From the NCBI GenBank assembly GCA_965204725.1, contig OZ242005.1, positions 288,001 through 352,000 of the forward strand: a stretch of 64,000 nt of DNA, given 5' to 3'. Below are positions 42,974 to 52,321 of the stretch, piece by piece (position 1 is the first letter of the stretch; every line of letters starts with the position of its first letter). The translations under genes and the position numbers were made by a program. The stretch is from Candidatus Latescibacterota bacterium (GTDB lineage: Bacteria; Latescibacterota; UBA2968; UBA8231). The notes below the pieces were generated by a model that worked only from the letters and a program-made list of their open reading frames with translations, was not told where the DNA came from and made no database searches.

Positions 42974-44278
42974 ATGAACGTCCTAGTCGTCGGCAAGGGA
43001 GGGCGCGAACACGCCCTCGTGTGGAAGCTGGCCCAGAGCCAGCGCATCGACAAACTTTACGTCGCGCCCGGCAACCCCGGCATGGCCGCTCTCGCCGAAT
43101 GCGTCGATATTCGCGTCGATACCCCGGTGGCCGAGCGCGAAAAACTCGTCGGCGAAATCGAGTGCCTCATCGCCTTTGCCCACGAGCAGCAAATCGGGCT
43201 GACCGTCGTCGGCCCGGACGACGCCCTAGCCGGCGGCATCGTCGATCGCTTCCGCGCCCGCGGCCTTACCATCTTCGGCCCCACCGAAGCCGCCGCCCGC
43301 CTCGAAAGCAGCAAGGTCTTTGCCAAAGAGCTAATGGAGCGCGTCGGCGTCCCCACCGCTCGGCACCAGAACTTCACCGACAGCCAAGCCGCCAGCACCT
43401 ACATCCGCGCCCAAGGTGCCCCGATCGTGGTCAAGGCCAGCGGCCTAGCGGCCGGCAAGGGCGCGGTCGTCTGCCAGAGCGTAGATCAAGCCCTCGCAAC
43501 AGCGCACGACATGCTCGACAAAGACTCCTTAGGCGGGGCCGGGCACCATATCGTCGTCGAGGAATACATGACCGGCGAGGAAGCCTCGCTCTTTGCCATC
43601 TGCGACGGCGAGCATTTTATCACCCTGCCACCCGCTCAAGACCACAAAGCCATCTACGAAGGAGACCAAGGCCCCAATACCGGCGGCATGGGGGCCTACG
43701 CGCCGGCCCCCGCGATGACGCCAGCCTTGGTGCGCGAGGCCGAGGAGCGCGTCATCCGGCCCGTGCTCGCCGCAATGCGCCAGCTAGGCACCCCGTACCA
43801 AGGAGTGTTGTACTGCGGGCTGATGTGTACCGACGCCGGCGTCAAAGTAGTAGAGTTCAACGCCCGCTTCGGCGATCCCGAATGCCAGATCCTCATGCCC
43901 CTGCTCAAAACCGACCTCCTCGACTTGCTCGCAGCCGCCTGCGATGGCCGCCTAGATCAAGTGCAAGTCGAATGCGCGCCCGGGGCGGCCGTCTGCGTGG
44001 TCATGGCCTCAGACGGCTATCCGCGCGCTTATGAGAAAGGCTTGGAGATCCGCGGCTTGGAGGCTTTTGCCAACCGCGACGACCTCCTCGTCTTTCACGC
44101 CGGCACAGCCTTGCGCGACGGACGCTTCTTCACCGATGGCGGCCGGGTGCTCGGGGTGACCGCGACGGACGCCGATATCCGAACCGCGGTTGCCAAAGCC
44201 TACTCAGCCGTCGATCAGATCGCCTTTGACAACGCCTATTGCCGCCGCGACATCGCCTACCGCGCCCTAGCAGACTAA
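42974..44278 (+). CDS. purD: Phosphoribosylamine--glycine ligase
   Basis: GGREHAL, APGNPG, KASGLAAGKG, QDHK, GPNTGGMG, EFNARFGDPE, GGRVL. Confidence 0.97.
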   Translation: MNVLVVGKGGREHALVWKLAQSQRIDKLYVAPGNPGMAALAECVDIRVDTPVAEREKLVGEIECLIAFAHEQQIGLTVVGPDDALAGGIVDRFRARGLTIFGPTEAAARLESSKVFAKELMERVGVPTARHQNFTDSQAASTYIRAQGAPIVVKASGLAAGKGAVVCQSVDQALATAHDMLDKDSLGGAGHHIVVEEYMTGEEASLFAICDGEHFITLPPAQDHKAIYEGDQGPNTGGMGAYAPAPAMTPALVREAEERVIRPVLAAMRQLGTPYQGVLYCGLMCTDAGVKVVEFNARFGDPECQILMPLLKTDLLDLLAAACDGRLDQVQVECAPGAAVCVVMASDGYPRAYEKGLEIRGLEAFANRDDLLVFHAGTALRDGRFFTDGGRVLGVTATDADIRTAVAKAYSAVDQIAFDNAYCRRDIAYRALAD

Positions 44279-44285
44279 CGCTCTC

Positions 44286-44651
44286 ATGCCCAACGACGCA
44301 CTGCGCTTGCGCAATATGCGCTTCTTTGCCTACCACGGGCTTTTCCCCGAAGAGACCGCGCTCGGCCAACGCTACGAAGTCGATGTCGAGCTCTACGGCG
44401 ATTTTCGCCAAGCGGGGCGCAGCGACGACATAGACGCGGCGATCAACTATCCAGAGGTGTACTCGCTAGTGGCCACGGTAGTAACCGGCGAACCCTGCAA
44501 ATTGGTCGAAGCCCTCGCCGAGCGCATCGCCGAGCAGGTGGGCACCCACTGCGCCCCGGTCGCCCTCATCGTCCGCGTCCGCAAGCCCAACCCCCCGGTC
44601 GCCGCACATTTCGACGGCATCGAAGTCGAAATACACCGTTCCTATGCCTGA
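44286..44651 (+). CDS. folB: Dihydroneopterin aldolase
   Basis: FFAYHG...EE..LGQ, INY, LVEALAE, VRKP.PP. Confidence 0.93.
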   Translation: MPNDALRLRNMRFFAYHGLFPEETALGQRYEVDVELYGDFRQAGRSDDIDAAINYPEVYSLVATVVTGEPCKLVEALAERIAEQVGTHCAPVALIVRVRKPNPPVAAHFDGIEVEIHRSYA

Positions 44652-45150
44652 GCGAGCTTATATCGCCATCGGCGGCAACCTCGGTGACCGCCGGGCGTAC
44701 CTCCAAGCCGGCATCAAAGAAGTCGCCGCGCTCCCCAGTACGCGCCTCGCGGCCATCTCCCGCACCTACGAAACCCAAGCGGTGGGGCCGGTCGCACAAC
44801 CCGATTTCCTCAACGCCGTCGTTGCCATAGAAACCGCGCTCGCCCCCGCGCCACTGCTCGCGGCCCTACTCGCCATCGAAAAAAAACACCAGCGGCAACG
44901 CCGTATTCACTGGGGGCCGCGCACCCTCGACCTCGATCTGCTCCTCTACGGCGAGCGCACCATCAACAGCGCGGACCTGACCCTGCCGCATCCGCGCATG
45001 CACGAGCGCCGCTTTGTGCTGCTGCCCCTCTGCGAAATCGCTCCGCGCCTTAGCCATCCTATCACCGGCCGGCCATTTGCCGCGTACCTCGCCGCACTCG
45101 CCGACGATGGGGACACCTGCGCCGTGGCCCCGCTCGCCCTCATCCCATGA
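44644..45150 (+). CDS. folK: 2-amino-4-hydroxy-6-hydroxymethyldihydropteridine diphosphokinase
   Basis: IGGNLGD, QPDFLNAV, WGPRTLDLDLL, PHPRMHERRFVL.P. Confidence 0.95.
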   Translation: MPERAYIAIGGNLGDRRAYLQAGIKEVAALPSTRLAAISRTYETQAVGPVAQPDFLNAVVAIETALAPAPLLAALLAIEKKHQRQRRIHWGPRTLDLDLLLYGERTINSADLTLPHPRMHERRFVLLPLCEIAPRLSHPITGRPFAAYLAALADDGDTCAVAPLALIP

Positions 45151-45995
45151 ACCGCATCCACACGGTCGCGGAAATGCAGGCTCAGGCCGATGCTTGGCGC
45201 AGTGCGGGCCGGTGCATCGGGCTGGTGCCGACGATGGGGTTTTTGCACGAGGGACACCTCAGCTTGGTCGATCACAGCCTCGAAGCCGCGGACCGCACAG
45301 TAGTCAGCCTCTTCGTCAATCCCCTGCAATTCGGGCCGAAAGAAGACTTCGCCATCTATCCACGCGACATGGAGCGCGACCTCGACCTGCTGGCCCGCCA
45401 CGGGGTAGATGCGGTCTTTCATCCCAAAACAGCGGAATTCTACCCCGCCGATTTCTCGACCTTCGTCCAAGTCGAAGTGCTAACCAAAAGCCTGTGCGGC
45501 CCCTTCCGCCCCGGGCACTTCCGCGGCGTCGCTACCGTAGTGACCAAGCTGTTCACCGCCGTCAAACCGCACCTAGCCGTCTTCGGCCAGAAAGACTATC
45601 AGCAAGCGGCCGTCATTGGTCGGTTAGTACGCGATTTGAACCTAGACTTGCGCGTCGAGGTCGCTCCCACCGTGCGCGAAGCAGACGGCTTGGCCATGAG
45701 CTCGCGCAACGTCCTCCTCAGCGCAGAAGAACGGCAACGCGCATCGGCCCTGTACGAAGCCCTCACCATGGGGCGGGAACGGATCGAACAGGGCGAGCGC
45801 GACGCCAGCCGGATTATAGCCGAGATGCGGGCGCACATCGAACGTACGCTTAACCCGCGTATCGACTACATTGCTATCGTCCATCCAGCCACCCTCGAAG
45901 AAGTAGCCCACATCGCCGGCCCGGTCGTCATCGCCCTCGCCGTGCGCCTGTCCAACGTCCGGCTGATCGACAACATCACCGCAGCCCCCAAATAA
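45147..45995 (+). CDS. panC: Pantoate--beta-alanine ligase
   Basis: VPTMGFLHEGH, FVNPLQF, RPGHFRGV, FGQKDYQQ, DGLAMSSRN, RLIDN. Confidence 0.97.
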   Translation: MNRIHTVAEMQAQADAWRSAGRCIGLVPTMGFLHEGHLSLVDHSLEAADRTVVSLFVNPLQFGPKEDFAIYPRDMERDLDLLARHGVDAVFHPKTAEFYPADFSTFVQVEVLTKSLCGPFRPGHFRGVATVVTKLFTAVKPHLAVFGQKDYQQAAVIGRLVRDLNLDLRVEVAPTVREADGLAMSSRNVLLSAEERQRASALYEALTMGRERIEQGERDASRIIAEMRAHIERTLNPRIDYIAIVHPATLEEVAHIAGPVVIALAVRLSNVRLIDNITAAPK

Positions 45996-46111
45996 AAGCC
46001 CTTCTGAAGTGGGGATTTTCAAACTTCAAACTACTTTGGAATTAGGGGGACGACCATTATATTATCGACGGACGGGATCGGCCCGTCCACAAACTCGAAA
46101 GGAGGCCCCAG

Positions 46112-46498
46112 ATGAACGAGTTTGAAACCAAAGTTCACCAACATGACATCACATTAGCCCGATTGGGAACGCTCATTGAGCAGAACGACCGCCGCTTTGA
46201 CACCGTTGAAGACAAAATCGACAATTCCGAAAAAAACACTACCGCACAATTTGAGAGCTCCGAAAAAAGCACCGCCGCACGATTCGAGAGCTCCGAAAAA
46301 AACACTACCGCGCGATTCGACAGTTTAGAGCAAAACACCGCCGCACGATTTGAGAGCTCCGAAAAAAACACCGCCGCACGATTCGACGCGATTGAACGAA
46401 AAATCGATAGCCTCGACCGCCGCATGAATTGGTTTCTCGGCCTATTGTTCACTAGTTGGCTATCGACCATCGGCGTGATTCTGTACAAGCTCCAGTAG
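46112..46498 (+). CDS. Small coiled-coil protein with 11-aa tandem repeats and C-terminal membrane anchor, family member 3
   Basis: AAAGGAGG RBS; head HD...RL...EQ.D.R.D shared with the 17.6 and 18.9 kb genes; TM tail WFLGLLFTSWLSTIGVILYK. Confidence 0.8.
   Translation: MNEFETKVHQHDITLARLGTLIEQNDRRFDTVEDKIDNSEKNTTAQFESSEKSTAARFESSEKNTTARFDSLEQNTAARFESSEKNTAARFDAIERKIDSLDRRMNWFLGLLFTSWLSTIGVILYKLQ
46226..46390 (+). repeat. Five tandem 33-bp coding repeats (SEKNTAARFES)
   Basis: Units start at 46226, 46259, 46292, 46325 and 46358; consensus TCCGAAAAAAACACyrCCGCACGATTyGAGAGC. Confidence 0.92.
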
Positions 46499-46552
46499 CT
46501 GAGTTGAATCGCCGTCGGCACCATTTGGCCGACGGCGATTCGCATTCCCCAT

Positions 46553-48139
46553 TCACCGAACCAGCATCAACCGGCGCGTCCGCGTCTCCCCGCCGACCTT
46601 CAGCACGGCCCAATACGCCCCGCTGGCCACGCGCTCCCCGCGCCAGCGCGCCAAATGCTTCCCGGCCGCGAGCCGCTCCGCCACCAAAAGGGCCATGCGC
46701 TGGCCCAAGGCATTGTAGATCGCCAGCTCGACAGCCGCTTCCCTTGCCACGCGAAAGGGCAGGTTCACCGCGCTGTTGGCCGGGTTCGGATAAGCCGGTG
46801 CCAAGTCGCTGGCCTCGGGCCGCTCCTCTGCCTGTATGGCTGTGACCGTAGGCGTGACATACCGGGCCGCGAGGGCAAAATCTCCGCCTGCCGGCGAGGC
46901 TCGGCCGACGACGACCGCGGCACTATCTGCATCCGCGACCAGCACCTGCCCGGCGTTGGCCGCGCTCAGTTCCATCGCGAGCAACTCGCCACGCTGGTCG
47001 CGCAGGGCATGCACCCACACGGCATAGTGCCCCTCGGGCGCACCGGCGAAATCAACGGCTACATCGCCTTCCGAGCGAATGACCACGTTGACCGCGCCCC
47101 ATTGGTTGCCAACTTCGCCAGCCAGCGCCGCGAAGGGCACCTCGGGCGCAGCCATAGCCATGGCGCGGCGCCCGCGCAGGGCCTCGTATCCAGCCGCGTA
47201 GTTGGCCGCGATCCACAGACGCCAAGCCCCCTCGAAGTTCTCAACCCAATTTTGGCTTTTGAAGGCGTCGTCAATGCCCAAAATGCCGTTGCGCGGCTCG
47301 GCGACGATTTGGCGAATCAGCCGCGGCCCATAGTGCTCGGCCAAAAACGAGGCGAACAGATAGGTCTTGCCGTAGCTCGCGGCCTCAAACGTCCAGTTCG
47401 TCAGATTAACACTGGGACCCGCGAGAAAACTCGGCACCATGCTCGGATCGGCCTCGGGAAAACCCACCAACTCTTCGGCATACCCAGCAAGCCCTTCGTC
47501 AATCCATCGCTCCTCGTCGGCATCGCGGCCCCAGTGGATGAGGTGCTGAAATTCGTGCGCTAAGGTCGCGTAGGCGAGGTAGGCACTGAAGGCCAGCTTG
47601 CGCGCGTCGAGGTACATCGTGTCGCGCCGCAATTCGGGCGGTGCCCGCTCGTATAGCTCGCTGTCGAAATAGCCGGCCACGCGCGCGTCGGGAATGTCCA
47701 AGATCAGGATGAAGATGCGGGGGTCGCCGTCCTCATCGGCTGGCTCGCCAAAGGCATCAACCGCCGTGGCAAATACCCCGCGTTCGGGATCGGCCGGGGT
47801 CGTTGCGTCAAAAAGCGCACCCAGCTTATCCACGTCCGGCTGGGCCGCAATGATGTCCCACTGGCTTTCCTCGACGAAGATGTAGCAGTGCGTCCCCTTG
47901 TAGCGGCAGGTAGCCAACTTGAGCACGGGTTCGGTCGGCACGTAAAAGGCGAGTTGGGTCCCCACCTCAATCGGGCCGCGCTCTTGACTGGCGTTGACGG
48001 CCTTGGCGACTGGCGTGGGAAAAGACGCACGGTGCTGGTCGAGCCAGCGCGTCCCGCATATCCGCTCTTGGGCCGCGACCGCCAGCGGCAGCGAGAGCAG
48101 CCACGCAACGAAGGCCGCTTGCGAGACGAAGAAGGCCAT
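46553..48139 (-). CDS. Secreted zinc metallopeptidase (M30-like) with T9SS type A/FlgD-like C-terminal domain
   Basis: Signal peptide, CGT, DEDGDPRI, TLAHEFQHLI, WIDEGLA; C-terminal AYPNPAN...IYNALGQ...ASGAY. Confidence 0.8.
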   Translation of the reverse strand: MAFFVSQAAFVAWLLSLPLAVAAQERICGTRWLDQHRASFPTPVAKAVNASQERGPIEVGTQLAFYVPTEPVLKLATCRYKGTHCYIFVEESQWDIIAAQPDVDKLGALFDATTPADPERGVFATAVDAFGEPADEDGDPRIFILILDIPDARVAGYFDSELYERAPPELRRDTMYLDARKLAFSAYLAYATLAHEFQHLIHWGRDADEERWIDEGLAGYAEELVGFPEADPSMVPSFLAGPSVNLTNWTFEAASYGKTYLFASFLAEHYGPRLIRQIVAEPRNGILGIDDAFKSQNWVENFEGAWRLWIAANYAAGYEALRGRRAMAMAAPEVPFAALAGEVGNQWGAVNVVIRSEGDVAVDFAGAPEGHYAVWVHALRDQRGELLAMELSAANAGQVLVADADSAAVVVGRASPAGGDFALAARYVTPTVTAIQAEERPEASDLAPAYPNPANSAVNLPFRVAREAAVELAIYNALGQRMALLVAERLAAGKHLARWRGERVASGAYWAVLKVGGETRTRRLMLVR

Positions 48140-48142
48140 CCG

Positions 48143-48277
48143 TTTACTACACGACACCAACTCCAGCTTTCCCGGGATCGAGGGCATCTTGCCCTCGTCG
48201 AGGGCGGGACGCCCTCGCTCCCAGACGCAGCGGCAACACCAGAAAAGGCATGCTCGAAGTAGGGGTCGCGTACTTAG
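48143..48277 (+). mobile_element. MITE/REP-doublet-like element, copy A
   Basis: TTACTACACGACACC...GGATCGAGGGCATCTTGCCCTCGTCGAGGGCGGGACGCCCTCG...AGAAAAGGC...GTCGCGTACTTAG; colinear with copy C. Confidence 0.75.
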
Positions 48278-48282
48278 GGCCA

Positions 48283-48888
48283 TCAGTAGAAATGCCGCAC
48301 CAAGAAGAAAGCCGCGCCCGCCGGCCCCACGGCTACCTTGGGCGCGAAGCCGGTCTGCGCTCGATCCGCGCCGGCTGTGCGCGCCGCATGGATGGCGGCC
48401 ACGAGGTGATTGGCGACCACCAATCCCGTCATGTAAAGCGCCTGCCGCCGCGCTTGCTGGCTCGCATTCCGCAACGCACGGTAGCGCTGGCGCGACTCGT
48501 CGTGATCCCATTCCCAGAAAAAGTCCGCGTTCACCGGATAGAGCGCGGCGTCTGGGCCGTCCTCGTAGCGGGCAAACTGGTTGTGCTCCAGCCGGCTCGC
48601 ATAAAACCCCAAGTCGTCAAAATAGGTGCGCCCCTTGCCCTGGGGCTGTGCGCCCGCATATTCCGCCGCATGCGCCCGGTACTGATCGCGGCGCACTTGA
48701 CCCAGCCATGCAAAACCCCAATAACCGCCCCAAAGCACCAGTTCAGCGGCCAAGAAGCCACCGCCGCCGCCACGAGCGTATTTCTGCCCCCAACCGGGCA
48801 CCAGCAAGGAGCGCCAAAACGCCCCTTGGGCCTGCCCGGCCTCAGCCACGCCGGGCAGCAGCAAAACCAACGCGATCCACCGCCACAT
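48283..48888 (-). CDS. Exported hypothetical protein (SL.VPG.GQ.Y motif, DUF5683-like)
   Basis: Signal peptide; RSLLVPGWGQKY; NHLVAAIHA; C-terminal beta strands. Confidence 0.7.
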   Translation of the reverse strand: MWRWIALVLLLPGVAEAGQAQGAFWRSLLVPGWGQKYARGGGGGFLAAELVLWGGYWGFAWLGQVRRDQYRAHAAEYAGAQPQGKGRTYFDDLGFYASRLEHNQFARYEDGPDAALYPVNADFFWEWDHDESRQRYRALRNASQQARRQALYMTGLVVANHLVAAIHAARTAGADRAQTGFAPKVAVGPAGAAFFLVRHFY

Positions 48889-48892
48889 TAGC

Positions 48893-49771
48893 TCAATCCA
48901 ACGGCTTGTACGCTACGAGCATGGGCACCCGCTGCACGACCAACGCAAAGCGCGTCCGCCGCCGCAGGGCCGCTTCGTCGACACCCGCAGCGCGCGCCCG
49001 CGCCACCCGCGCCGCGTCGATGGCGCTGATGACGTGGTTTATCAGGATAACCCCACTTACTGTGGAGGCGCGCTTGAGAAAGCGATTGCTCTCGTTGCGT
49101 TGGCCTTCGTAGCGCAGCCGTCGCTCGGAACGGAAATTTTCAACGGAATCGACTTCGGTTGGCTCAACGGGATTGCCCGTATTGTCGTCCCATACTACAT
49201 CGCGCCAACCGGCTACAAATTGGTCGTATTTGCCAACCAACTCGTAGTACTGCTGGATCTCGCTCGGCGCACACCCCCCAAAAGACGCCCGCCCCCCTTC
49301 TCTCGTCGCCGGGATGTACACCTCAACGACCTCGCTACTGCAAGGCAGTGCGTGCGTGATCGACGAATTTCTCGAGATCGGCGAGTCGCGCCAAACCAAG
49401 TAGTTGAGTGGATCCCAGTGCTCGTCGGCCACGGCCCGGAACTCTTCCTCTAGGTCGTTGCCCTTGCCCCGCCAAGCCGCCCACAACCCCACTAGCGCGG
49501 CTTCGGCCCCAAAAAACGCCAACCCCCGCTTCGACGACCCTGCGTACCACTCGCCCAACCCCGGCACCAACGCGGAAAGCAAAAACGCCCGCTTCGACGA
49601 CTTGCCCGCACGTCCCTTTGAGCGCGACGCCGGCTCAGGATCAGTGCCGCCTTCCACCGCCCGCAATCCCACCAAGAACGCCTGCCCCTCCTCGCTCAAA
49701 ATACTCGGCAATCCTTCGGCCTGAACGCCGACGGCCGTTAGCACCACCAGCGCGATTCCTGTCCTCGTCAT
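48893..49771 (-). CDS. Exported hypothetical protein (DUF5683-like), distant paralog of the neighbour
   Basis: AGGAG RBS; SALVPGLGEWY, QQYYELVGKYDQFVAGW, NHVISAIDA. Confidence 0.72.
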   Translation of the reverse strand: MTRTGIALVVLTAVGVQAEGLPSILSEEGQAFLVGLRAVEGGTDPEPASRSKGRAGKSSKRAFLLSALVPGLGEWYAGSSKRGLAFFGAEAALVGLWAAWRGKGNDLEEEFRAVADEHWDPLNYLVWRDSPISRNSSITHALPCSSEVVEVYIPATREGGRASFGGCAPSEIQQYYELVGKYDQFVAGWRDVVWDDNTGNPVEPTEVDSVENFRSERRLRYEGQRNESNRFLKRASTVSGVILINHVISAIDAARVARARAAGVDEAALRRRTRFALVVQRVPMLVAYKPLD

Positions 49772-49874
49772 GCTTACTCCTTTCTACTACGGCATTTGCG
49801 TATTCTATGACTTGCAAACCCCGCGCAAACGGGGGGCACATTCCACATGGCTATATCGCGTCGCCGCCTATCGT

Positions 49875-50861
49875 TCACTTTGTGTACGCCTTTTCTGCTG
49901 TTGCGACTGCGCCCGGGGTCGAGGGCGTCCCGCCCTCGACGAGGGCAAGATGCCCTCGATCCTTGGAATGAAGCGGTATTCTATCGCGTCGTCCCTCCTC
50001 GCTCAAACGCTCGACCAAAGCCGGCGAAAGGTACAGCGATTCGACGGTCTCGCACTGGTCGCCGAGGAGCGTAGCTTGGCTCGAGCGGCCAGCGCGAATG
50101 TGCAGGTGCGACAGAGAAAGCGAGCGGGGAAGCGGCTTGCCGTGACTTTTTTCGCCGGTTTTCCCGTCGTAGCTCGCCATGTACGAAAGCCTCCGGTCGT
50201 TCATGGCTTGCAGTGCGTCTGCAAACTCGGCATAGCTCAGCCCGCTCCAATACCTGTGATCTCTCACAAAGGACGTGCCCTGATAGGGCGGGTCCATGTA
50301 GATAACATCCTCTTTCGCGGCCTCCGCGACCACCTTGCGGAAATCGACTGCGGAAAGCGTGGTTTTTCCGGCGAGCAGCGCGTGGACGCCGAGTATCTGG
50401 CGCTGCATGAGTATGGGGCGCATGCCCGCTCGCCGATTGTCCGCGCTTTGATTGAACAGGCCCTCGGCACTGTACCGCACCGAGCCTTTTACTATGCGCG
50501 CCAGCAAATAGAGCAAGTGATGAGGCCGGTGGGCAGCATTGAACTCGTCGCGGATGCCGAGGAAGAAGGCCCTTTTGTCCGGGTGCTGTTCCGTCCACAG
50601 CCGCTCGTAGCTTTTGCTCAGTTCGTTGGGCCGCTGCAAAATCTCTTCCCACAGCGCCATCAAGGGTTCGTTCAAGTCGTTGAGCCAAAATCGCTTTGCG
50701 AGCCGGTGCGCGGCCGCAGCCAGCGAAACGGCACCAGACCCGCAAAAAGGCTCAATGAGGCAATCGACATCGCGCGGAAAATGCGCGAGGATGTGCCGCG
50801 CAAGGCCGCGCTTGCTACCCTGATAGGGGAATGGATGCGGAATGGCCATCGGCTGCAACAT
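49875..50861 (-). CDS. DNA adenine methyltransferase (Dam/D12 class)
   Basis: PFPYQGSKR, EPFCGSGAV, LNDLN, YMDPPY, SYD, ESLY. Confidence 0.92.
   Translation of the reverse strand: MLQPMAIPHPFPYQGSKRGLARHILAHFPRDVDCLIEPFCGSGAVSLAAAAHRLAKRFWLNDLNEPLMALWEEILQRPNELSKSYERLWTEQHPDKRAFFLGIRDEFNAAHRPHHLLYLLARIVKGSVRYSAEGLFNQSADNRRAGMRPILMQRQILGVHALLAGKTTLSAVDFRKVVAEAAKEDVIYMDPPYQGTSFVRDHRYWSGLSYAEFADALQAMNDRRLSYMASYDGKTGEKSHGKPLPRSLSLSHLHIRAGRSSQATLLGDQCETVESLYLSPALVERLSEEGRRDRIPLHSKDRGHLALVEGGTPSTPGAVATAEKAYTK
49884..49968 (-). repeat. MITE/REP-doublet-like element, copy B (inverted, inside the 3' end of the dam-like gene)
   Basis: 49913-49968 is the exact reverse complement of 52205-52260 (56 bp). 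Confidence 0.85.
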
Positions 50862-50863
50862 CG

Positions 50864-52090
50864 CTATCGCCTCTGCATCACGACGATGCGATTTGAATTG
50901 GTGCCGCGCTCGTTGTTGTCAACGCCCCATATATTTGAAGTCTTGGTAAACGTCTGCTCGTTGATTACCACGCAGATCGGTTCCCACGCCGTCTCGCGCG
51001 CAACTTCCGCGACCACGCGATCGAGCAACAGCGATCCCCGCCGGATTTCGCCCACTTCAAATGCAAACACTCCGTCGGGGCGCGTAATCGACGCCACGCT
51101 TTGCAACGCGCCGCGCACCAGCGCCTTCCACTCGGCCAGCTTGCGAGTTTGCGTAATGCGAATTGCAGCGGGATCGACGCCGACGAACCAGCAGCGCATC
51201 CAGTTGTCCTCTTTGTAGTTGACGATGTCCATGAAGGGCGGCGAGGTCACCGCGAGTGCCACCGGCGGGCCGCTGTACTCAAATGGCATATCAACCGCTT
51301 GCTGAAAAAACTCCCGGCTGCGTCCCTTGGGCATTTGCGCCGGAACATCCCGCAAAAGCGCCCGCGTCTTGCGTAGGATCAACTGCGCGACATCGCGGTA
51401 TTCGGGCCGCTGGCCGCGCCGTGCGTTGATCTTGCGCTGGCTCTCAATGGACGCGGCTTGATTGGGCGGCAGCGTATAGACCGAGAAAAACCCCTTGGAA
51501 TGCCCGGTCAGGCGATTGAGGGCCACCATCTGGATCCAGCGATCGACCGCGTCGGCACACCCGTTGGAGCGGCGCTCGGCCAAATAGGCCCGCAACCGAC
51601 AGATCTGATTGAGCGTCCGCTCCTCAAAAAACACCTCAAAGCCAGCGGGCCGCTCAATTGGTTCGTCCAACGCCAAGCATTCGAGCCGCGCAGCAACCTC
51701 GGGCAGAGCCGGCGGCGTCAACCGCGCTTCCACAAGGACGCGAGACAGGGGATTGACGTCGTTGCCCAGCACATCCCGGTTAAGCAAGACCGCTTCGAGC
51801 AGGGTCGTCCCGCGCCCCATAAACGGATCGAACACCACGTCGCCCGGGTCCGTCAGCCGCTCGACGAAAAAGCGCGGCAACTGCGGCTTAAAACACGCCC
51901 GATAGGAAACCTCGTGCAGCGAGTGAGCGGCACGCTGCTTAGACGTCCAAAATTCATTGACAAACACCGGGATGCCGTCGAGCTCCTCAACGACCGTCTC
52001 TCGGCCAAATGCATGCCATTCCGCCAACTCGCGTATGAACTCGTCGAGCGTCAGACGATCACTATTACTGAAAGAGAGCGGGGTCTGCAT
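50864..52090 (-). CDS. Site-specific DNA methyltransferase (N4-cytosine/N6-adenine type)
   Basis: YRACFKPQLP, VFDPFMGRGTT (SAM binding), VTSPPF (catalytic motif IV). Confidence 0.88.
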   Translation of the reverse strand: MQTPLSFSNSDRLTLDEFIRELAEWHAFGRETVVEELDGIPVFVNEFWTSKQRAAHSLHEVSYRACFKPQLPRFFVERLTDPGDVVFDPFMGRGTTLLEAVLLNRDVLGNDVNPLSRVLVEARLTPPALPEVAARLECLALDEPIERPAGFEVFFEERTLNQICRLRAYLAERRSNGCADAVDRWIQMVALNRLTGHSKGFFSVYTLPPNQAASIESQRKINARRGQRPEYRDVAQLILRKTRALLRDVPAQMPKGRSREFFQQAVDMPFEYSGPPVALAVTSPPFMDIVNYKEDNWMRCWFVGVDPAAIRITQTRKLAEWKALVRGALQSVASITRPDGVFAFEVGEIRRGSLLLDRVVAEVARETAWEPICVVINEQTFTKTSNIWGVDNNERGTNSNRIVVMQRR

Positions 52091-52177
52091 TTCACGTTCC
52101 CAGCAATCTGAGTGCTCTAAGTCGAGATACATTCGTTCCAGCACTGAGCATTCTCCCTCATACCAATAGCGGCCAAC

Positions 52178-52313
52178 CTTACTACACGACACCGGCGGCC
52201 AACCTTCCAAGGATCGAGGGCATCTTGCCCTCGTCGAGGGCGGGACGCCCTCGACCCCGGACGCATCGGGAACTGCAGAAAAGGCGTACTCAACGTAAGT
52301 ATCGCGTACTAAG
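52178..52313 (+). mobile_element. MITE/REP-doublet-like element, copy C
   Basis: Imperfect terminal inverted repeats CTTACTACACGACAC / GTATCGCGTACTAAG (12 of 15 match) around two tandem GC hairpins. Confidence 0.78.
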
Positions 52314-52321
52314 GCGACCCC

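Noticed and set aside
46226-46390. 33-bp repeats as a possible CRISPR array
   Set aside because: The units are contiguous with no unique spacers, are in frame within a CDS, and no cas genes are present.
48140-48511. N-terminal extensions in the ORF track (46553-48511, also 50864-52210, 23570-25369, 800-2560, 18878-19384)
   Set aside because: The extensions run through repeats or neighbouring genes; downstream starts fit signal peptides, RBS positions or paralogs better.
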